Positions 13,303-21,100 of a stretch of 40,831 bases of DNA are shown one piece after another. This stretch comes from Corallochytrium limacisporum Hawaii. Lineage: Eukaryota > Protista > Pluriformea. Under the pieces are notes generated by a model. It was not told the DNA's origin, searched no databases, and worked only from the letters and a program-made list of their open reading frames with translations. The DNA is taken from contig PDIP01000094.1 of assembly GCA_002811645.1 (NCBI GenBank), positions 85,754 to 126,584 of the forward strand, written 5' to 3'. Both the position numbers and the translations under genes were made by a program. Numbering within the stretch: the first letter of the stretch is position 1; each line of letters starts with the position of its first letter.

Positions 13303-13560
13303 GTCAATGTACTGCCGCGTAGCCAAACAAAGTCCACTCACCTACCTGATCTCCTTCTCGTACACACTAATAAACACACCCTTGGGGGATGGGGTTTCGG
13401 CTCGCGCCACACAGAAGTCTTACTACTGTCCCGATTTTTCCTTCCTGAACAAGTCGTCGGCGCCCATCCTTAATGTCAGCCTGGGGCGGGACTACCCAGT
13501 CGATTTGTTTTTGGGTGGTATTGAAAAGGGTGGCCCTGGGGGCGGGCACTTTCAGAGCTA

Positions 13561-13581
13561 ATATATATATATATATATATA
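13561..13581. repeat. (AT)n microsatellite
   Basis: About 10 AT units. Confidence 0.95.
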
Positions 13582-14547
13582 CGGACTTCCATATAATTCC
13601 CAAGGCGCCGCCTCCCGTCCCAACTCCTGGGGCCCCTTGGAACGGCATAGGGTGATGTGTCCCCGCCCCGTGAAAGCCGGAAGGCCCAGGGGTGAAGGAC
13701 CGCGCATCACCTGCTCCTCTCCGCTCACAAAGAGTGTTTAAGCCATCAACAAGGGAAAACGCACCCATAGTGCCAGTACTGGAGCAGAGTCACAGGGAAC
13801 AGGTCGCTCCACTCCCGTCCCCCTCGAACTTCCCTCCCTTGGCCTCCCACCGGGACCGGAGTGACCGTCTCCCGCCCGGCTTCCGCTTTCCGGCGTCGGT
13901 GGAGAACCCCCCCCCCCGAGCCCCAGGGCTCCTCCACGCACACACACTCACACAGAGACACACAGGGGAGGCCGGCCAGCGGGAGCCCCAATTTTCTCCA
14001 AAACACAACCACCAACCGCACGGAGGGCCCACCTGCAGGTCCCGTCTGGATCAGCTCACTGTGTCTCTCGCTTGGGTCTCTCTGCTCCACTCTCGCTAGG
14101 GTGGGGACGGGAGTAACCAAATGGAGACGACGATGACTTGTCAGGGTTGGTGTTGCGGACAATGGGAAGAAAGCTCTTCTTCGCGCCGGTTGTCCTATGT
14201 ACCGGATTGTCTCTCCTGCAGTGGTTTATTCTGATGAGGTGTATCATTGGTGGCCCAGTGTTTAGGTGACCATATTATGTGTGTGTTATATTTTGTGGAG
14301 ATCACATGGGGTATTTGGGGAGCTTCGCATATCGGCAGGACCGCAGGGCTTTTTTATCGGCAAAACTTCATCTGAGGGATAGAACTTGCGAATACTGGAA
14401 TTAGTTCGTATATTTGTATTTTGAATTATTTGAAGAATGATAGAAGAGCATTGACGAACTAGTATACTTTGTATTTGTCTTCGTTTTGTTTAAGAGCACG
14501 GGCGTAGGTGAGAGACTCCCACGGAAACGACCCCAAAATAGCTAAAC

Positions 14548-15765
14548 ATGGTCGCTGAAGCAAATCGGGACGAAGCTCTCAAATGTGTCTCCATCGGACG
14601 ACGAGCACAAAATGAAGGGGACTTCGCCAAAGCTCGTCGATTTTTCGAAAAGAGCATGAACATGTGCCCTAATGAGGATGCAGAGTTTGCGTTGAAGAAG
14701 TTGGACGAAGCCATCGCCAGAGCCAAGACCTCAGCAGACACCAGTGGTAGTGAGAACGCAAAGAACAAAGGAAACAGCACTAGCTTTGTCTTCGAAGAGG
14801 AATCAGAGACGACGACAGTAAAGACAGGACGGGAGGACGTAGATCCTGCGAGTGCGGAAGGAATTAGGCACAGAAAGACTCATGTCCACGCCGAGGGCAA
14901 TGGCACCACCGTGGATTATACCCGCGAGGAAGTGGAAGCCGTGAACCGCGTGCGCCGGGCCAAGGACTACTACGAAGTACTGCAAGTAAAGAAAGAGGCA
15001 TCGGACGGAGAGATCAAGAAGGCCTACCGGAAATTAGCCCTAAAGTACCACCCAGACAAGTGCAAGGCACCGCATGCCGATGAAGCATTCAAGAAAGTGA
15101 GCAAGGCCTTCACGACTCTCAGTGATGTGGACAAACGCAAAGAATATGATGTTTTCGGACCTCCGGAGGGCAGGGCCAGCGGTGCCGGTGGCTCTGGCAT
15201 GGGCGCCTTCCACGGTGGAGGTCATCCCTTCGGACGGCGGGAAATGACACCCGAAGAACTGTTCGCGAGCATGTTTGGCGGCGGTTTCCATGCGGCCGGT
15301 GGACCACAAATGCGCGGATTCTCCTTTGGGCCTGGTGGATTTCAGAGTTTTGGACACCGTTCGCGTCCTGTCCACCGCAGAAACACGCACCGGACGCGGG
15401 CTGACGGAGACCAGGCAGACACGGACGTTTGGGGTTGGGTACGCATGCTTCTGTTGTTCCTGCTAATCTTCGGGCCTCTACTCATTCCTAACCGCAGCAC
15501 TCAGGTCTTCAATATGGAAAAAACGTCCGAATTCCCGTTGCAGAAGAACACGCCGAACCTAGGTGTTAACTTTTATGTCCGAAACGATCGCCGGCACGCG
15601 CCACTGGACCACGACCAGCTTGACGCGATTTCAAACTACATTGAACGCAACGAGGTGGAAGACCTCCGAAAACGTTGCAAGAAGGAGCGACGGCGGCGTA
15701 CGGGTACAAAACCGAAAGTTTGCGAGCGTTACGATGACGCTTGTGAACGGACAGGCATATGCTGA
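14548..15765 (+). CDS. DNAJB12: ER-membrane type II J-domain co-chaperone, DNAJB12/DNAJB14 family (405 aa)
   Basis: N-terminal NRDEALKC...ARRFFEKS helices; J domain DYYEVLQV...AYRKLALKYHPDK with HPD; G/F-rich region (MTPEELFASMFGGGF); one TM helix (MLLLFLLIFGPLL); DUF1977-like luminal tail (TPNLGVNFYV...LRKRC). Confidence 0.93.
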   Translation: MVAEANRDEALKCVSIGRRAQNEGDFAKARRFFEKSMNMCPNEDAEFALKKLDEAIARAKTSADTSGSENAKNKGNSTSFVFEEESETTTVKTGREDVDPASAEGIRHRKTHVHAEGNGTTVDYTREEVEAVNRVRRAKDYYEVLQVKKEASDGEIKKAYRKLALKYHPDKCKAPHADEAFKKVSKAFTTLSDVDKRKEYDVFGPPEGRASGAGGSGMGAFHGGGHPFGRREMTPEELFASMFGGGFHAAGGPQMRGFSFGPGGFQSFGHRSRPVHRRNTHRTRADGDQADTDVWGWVRMLLLFLLIFGPLLIPNRSTQVFNMEKTSEFPLQKNTPNLGVNFYVRNDRRHAPLDHDQLDAISNYIERNEVEDLRKRCKKERRRRTGTKPKVCERYDDACERTGIC

Positions 15766-16005
15766 ATGAGTAGCATTGGCTTATCCTCGTGGCATCCGCA
15801 TATCCTTTTTCATCTCCAAACATGGTAACATTAATCCCTTTGCTCCCCTTATAAATCTTAGTTTCATAGACGTAGTAATAGACATTATCATACCAAGTCA
15901 ATTATGTCAGTACTAGTAATTTATGTTTAGTGATGTCTCTCATTGTTCGTGTTCGTGTTTTTATACATATGCTACAGCTTTACCCACATGGACCCATGAC
16001 TGCAT

Positions 16006-17088
16006 TCAATCTAGATCCGGTCCAATGTATCTGCCGTTCTCATCGTAGTTTTCGACAGCGTTTAGCTTGGTAATGATAGCCTTTGGGTTCACACCCTCCC
16101 AGACCAACCGTCCAGTGACAAGTTTCCAGATGTAGCCACGGTTCTTGGGATCTTCGTAGTATGCACGAGTGCGAATGCTGGGAATGTTCACCACCGGCTT
16201 TGGCGTGGGCAAGCCATAGTACTTTCCTGGGTGCATCAGGTACTGCCATCCGACTCTTCCATAGTAGCGCGTTGTCACATCACCACCAAGGGCCTCGACC
16301 GCTGCAATGGCCTCCTCAGAAGCACGTGTGACGGTGATGTCAATCTTTGAGTGGAGCTTGTCAGCTCCCATGGGACTGAGGCGAATACCGTCCCGCACAG
16401 ATGACACTAGACCACTCTGCTTCAGGTGGTACATTGTGATCGGCTCATCGGCATTCAAGCGGCCCATGTCAATGTATGTTTGGATCTTTGCCAGGGAGAC
16501 ATTAACCAGAAAGATCTTGGCTGGATGGATGGTGCCGTGTTTGGGGATTTTGATGTTGAACGGTGTCTGTCCACCCTCGAATCCGAGGCGCGGCTGCGAC
16601 CGACGGCGACGGACCAGCTGACCATTGTTGCCCTTACCGTAGGATTCATTGCGGGCCCGGAAATTTTCTTTAATGCCCTCTAGTACTGGTCTTAAATTGT
16701 GCAGTTCAATCACTTCACTGCCGGCTTTCAGGGCGTTCGAGGTCATCACACCGGTCGGGGCTACATCCGCCACGGCGGAAATTGGATGCCGCGGCTTCAA
16801 AGATTCCACAACCTCTTCAGCATCCTTGCCGCCCAATAACTGTTCACTTGTCACACCTCCGTAGGCTTGTTCGTACCCTTTCATATCTGAAAGATACTTC
16901 CGTTGCTTCCCAAACGCCTGTTTGATTGCGGAATCCAGACTGACAGCTCCGGTCATGAGTACGGCTTTCCGGGCCTCAGGCGATGCAACCACTTCCTGGC
17001 TCAGCTGGACATGCGGACGGAGGACTTTGCTCCATGCTGGGCGTAGGTGTGGCCGAGTAAGCCAATATTTTGCTCCCCGCGTGGCCAT
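16006..17088 (-). CDS. MRPL15: Mitochondrial large-subunit ribosomal protein uL15m (360 aa)
   Basis: PRLGFEGGQTPF uL15 signature; IQTYIDMGRL and AIAAVEALGGDVTTRYY; YYEDPKNRGY motif typical of mitochondrial uL15; Arg-rich, acid-poor N-terminus consistent with a transit peptide. Confidence 0.93.
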   Translation of the reverse strand: MATRGAKYWLTRPHLRPAWSKVLRPHVQLSQEVVASPEARKAVLMTGAVSLDSAIKQAFGKQRKYLSDMKGYEQAYGGVTSEQLLGGKDAEEVVESLKPRHPISAVADVAPTGVMTSNALKAGSEVIELHNLRPVLEGIKENFRARNESYGKGNNGQLVRRRRSQPRLGFEGGQTPFNIKIPKHGTIHPAKIFLVNVSLAKIQTYIDMGRLNADEPITMYHLKQSGLVSSVRDGIRLSPMGADKLHSKIDITVTRASEEAIAAVEALGGDVTTRYYGRVGWQYLMHPGKYYGLPTPKPVVNIPSIRTRAYYEDPKNRGYIWKLVTGRLVWEGVNPKAIITKLNAVENYDENGRYIGPDLD

Positions 17089-17644
17089 AACTTTGCTCTC
17101 TGGTCTATAGCTAGTTCTTCAAAGATTCTATAACTACCACAGCTTCTACCCGTCCATATTCATGCGAAGTGGCTGAACATCCCAATGGCATTTATGGACT
17201 TACACTAACGTTGCTTTCAGACTTGTTCCACTCAACCGACTCATTGGAAGTTGAGGGCTCCCTGAAATAGAAGGTGGTGTCCTTGTGGTGAACCCGACAA
17301 AGTCTCCGTCCTGGTACGCGACCAGTATGTGACACATGGCCCCCTCCCCAAGGGGCCGGGGAGGAGGGGCGGTGAAGTGTTCGTGCTCCAGGCCCCCCTC
17401 TTCTTTCCTCGGCCTGCTGCGCAAACATCCGGCCCACCGGGCTTACTTCCCCTTCGGGGCCTATTTTCATAGGGAACCAGAAGGAGAAAGGGAGGGTGGC
17501 TTCTAATGGAACCGGTGACGCGCGCAACCTACCGGTAATGGGACATTTCCTACCTTCGGGTAGATCAAACCAACAGCGTAAGAAATTCATTTACTACCTG
17601 TGGTGTGTATCGACATATCATATATCATATGGATCACATGTAAC

Positions 17645-18046
17645 ATGCCACCACCGTCGGCTGGTGAAGAGCTAGACCAAGGTGAGAAAGAGTCCTCCGA
17701 GTTGCGCACTGCAACAGTCTTCAAGAATTATGAACCGTTGCCAGTACTGAAGAGTGTCCATGATGGGGAGCCTGATGCAGTCGTTGAAGAATGTAAGGAG
17801 TGGGCCTTTCGAGTGGAGGAGCCAATGTTTACTCTAGCATCAAGGACAAGATCAAGGGATAGAGCATCCAACGCATCTCAATCAAAGGGTGCGGACCTAA
17901 ACTTGTACACCCTCGACTCTGTGCCATTGTTCGGGCCGGAGGATTTAAAGAGGAAGAATTCGAGACTTCGAACAGGCAAAGGACATGGACTTGATACCAA
18001 GACCACAACAGCGCTGTATTTCCTGGCAAACTCGGAGCGGAAGTAA
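17645..18046 (+). CDS. Diverged CWF18/CCDC12-like Prp19-complex-associated splicing protein (133 aa)
   Basis: ATG at 17645 in aacATG context. Motifs FKNYEP (family FRNYxP), DLNL...EDLKR (family DL..LAP.KP.WDLKR) and LDTKTTTALYFL (family L...T..AI..L) occur in the right order and spacing. Recognised by eye, not by HMM. Confidence 0.6.
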   Translation: MPPPSAGEELDQGEKESSELRTATVFKNYEPLPVLKSVHDGEPDAVVEECKEWAFRVEEPMFTLASRTRSRDRASNASQSKGADLNLYTLDSVPLFGPEDLKRKNSRLRTGKGHGLDTKTTTALYFLANSERK

Positions 18047-18196
18047 AGCAGTACGTCGCGTGTACTTCATTTTGTATGCCGTCATACATGGCGGACATGA
18101 CCACATAATTCATCATATAGTAATACATAAACAAAAAGTCTTTTATGAAGATATGTAGTATCAATTGCCAAATACAAAGTTTTGCGTTGGGCAATA

Positions 18197-21100
18197 TCAA
18201 GCAGTGATGATGGAGCCCTTGGTAGGGAGCTTCATGCTCTTTATCAGATCGCATAGCGCTTCGTTGCCCTCATCCGCCAGGTCCGCAGGGTAGTTGCCCC
18301 ACGCATCCTTCCGCTGCCATAGGTTCTTGAGATTCGGATGTTTCGTGACCATTTCAGTGGCACAGTCTGTAGCATCGTTTAGCATGGCATGGTGCAGGAC
18401 ATTACGACGGTCGCTGGTCGACATGCACTCCGTCTGTGCGCCCCAGGACAATAACAGCTTCAGAGCGGTAACATTGTCATCTTTTGTGACCAGCATTAGC
18501 GGGGTCAGTGACTGCAGTGTGCGCTGGTTGATGTCAAACACATCACCAGACTCCGCGGCTTTGAGCGTGTTGAGCAGTTCCTCGGCGCCGGCAAGGCTAA
18601 GACACGTATGCATGGGGCTCATGCCACTAAAGTTCCACTGATGCTCGTATGCATCACCTCTGACGAGCATGTTCACGCACTGGGCCGCACGGGTGAAGGC
18701 AAAGTCACGCACTGTCTTTATCTCAGAGTCATCTAACGCACAGGGAACGGAACCAGAATTGCCGCTGTCGCCAGAAGGTGGACCGGCGGTAGTCCTCTGC
18801 TTAGAGTTGCTCTCGTCCATAGATTGGTCCGGATCCAGATACGCAATGACTGCGTGCAGACCTATGACGACCTCATGTAAGGGCGTATTGCCGGACGTAG
18901 TAGTTCGTGCATCGACGGTCATAGGTGCCTGGTCGAGCAGGATGGTGACCATCTCGGGCTGCAGACCACGCGATGCATAGTGGATGGGATACGCACCATT
19001 CTCAGTGCGGGCAATTACCTGGTCCGGGTAACGGTCCAAAACCTTCATTGTAAGTTCCGCCATGCCCTGACGCGCCATCAAGTGAACGATACGCTCTCCG
19101 GTAACATTCTGCTGCTGTTGTAAGGCCTGATTCAGTCCAGGGTCGTTCAGAATTTCTTCAAAGACTGTGTTCAGTGCCTCCTGTTGTTCCTGAAGACGAT
19201 GCCTCGCGTGTGCACTCACACCCTGCAACGCACTGGTGGCATCGGGCGCGAAACTGCCCAGCGATCCACGTAAGAAGCTCGGCCTAAGCGATAAGGAGGC
19301 GATGCTCATATCCCCGGCCACCGTACGGCGGACAGGGACATCGCCGATTGTACCTGAGAGACGTTGCACTGACCCAAATGACGTGAAGCCAGCCAAGGAT
19401 CTCAGTAGGGCTAGCAAGGGGGTGTCACCGTCGTCGTTGTGTGCGGTAAGGTCGGCGCCACCACGCAGCAGCAGCATCATTCCCCGCAAATTCCGCTCCT
19501 GCGCGGCAACAATAAGCGGAGTGGTTCCAAGTAAGTCTGCGGTGTTCACGGCCTTATTGCTTTCGCTCATGTCGTACTCCACCATGCGCATAAGGATCAT
19601 ACTCATGAAGCCATCCTCGCCTCCCACAATGTCTCCACCAATATCCTTGAACAGAGACAAACGAGGGGAGTACTCAGAATTGTCGTCTTGGGATCCCTGG
19701 CTGTCGCGAACTCCAGATGTCTCAGATCGGGCAGACGGGATGTCCTCGGCTGCTTGTGCAGCAAGAAGCGCCTGTCCGACGCCACTCAGGAAGCCAAGGC
19801 GACGCAGCTCGATAATAAGTGCCGTCTCTTCCCTGCCACAACCATCTGAGGTGTGCAGCGATGCCTCTCGGTTTAGCATAATTAGGATCATGTGCTCATA
19901 CTGTGGAATAAGTGCCACTGCATTGCTTTGGCCCGTCTTCGAACCGGAAATCTTCCTATTTCCACTACTCTGCTCCTTGGAATCAATACCACAATCCGTT
20001 GCGAGTTCTGAAAACCCATCGAAATGGTGATCTTGGATAGCCTCACGCTGCAGTCGATGAAGAGCACGCAGGGCCACATGAAGAACTTGATCGCCCTGCG
20101 AGTTTACGTAGTTTACATCACAGCCGCACATGAGCAGGTATTTCGCAATGTCTGCGTGATGCATGCGGATCGCCGTGAGAATGGGCGTGTCGCCATCCTC
20201 GCCTGCAGAGTTGAGATTAGCTCCCAATGTCTCGAGCTCCTTGACTAAAGGTAAGTCATTGTGACGGGTGGCAACGTGAAGCGCCATGTTACCTTTTTGA
20301 TCGACGACGTTGACATCCATACGCTTGCTGCGCAGCATTTCCATAACGTGTTCCTGGCGCTTAATCCGTATTGCCATCAACAGAGGCGTCTCTCGCAGAG
20401 GTCCCATGGGCCGGTTCACTTCGAATTGAGGATCAGCTAGCGCCTGTCGCAGCTGCGAAACGGAGCCGTAGGCAGCAATGTAGTGCATAACTGTCAGTCC
20501 TTCCATGTCGTCACCGACCACGTTACCAAATTCGGGGCAGGACAAGAAGATGTTAATGATAGTCTGCACCCCTACGGTTTTGGCAATGTGTCGGCGCAAG
20601 AGACAGGCCATGTTTACACCCGCACGAATAAGCAAGTTCACGGCTGCTTCATTGCCGCTCATGCGCTGGCTGAGCGACTTGATGGCATCATCTACGGACT
20701 CGTTCTTTCCAACCCGGGGGCCAGTTGTGTCCACGCCTCGAAGGGCTTCCGCAATCATGGGCCAATGACCATGTCCCGTCAATGGATGTTTACCACGGTA
20801 CCTCGCATTCGGGTTCGCACCCCACTTGAGCACCTCAGCCAAACGCCGGCTCTGACTCTGCGTGAGGACCCGCTTGGGAACGAGTGCGTGGGAAACGCTT
20901 TGCACATTTTCTGATGAATCTGCATCGTTCTTCGAAGGATCCACATCAGTCTTGGAAGGGTCCCCGTCAGATGTACGCGGCACGGAGGCGTCCTCGTTTA
21001 GCAGATCATCGTCGCCGAACAAGATACGGGGAGATTCACCGTCAGGAGTATCCATCACACTGTTGTGACTCATCATGGACATGCGAGAACGGCGTTTCCT

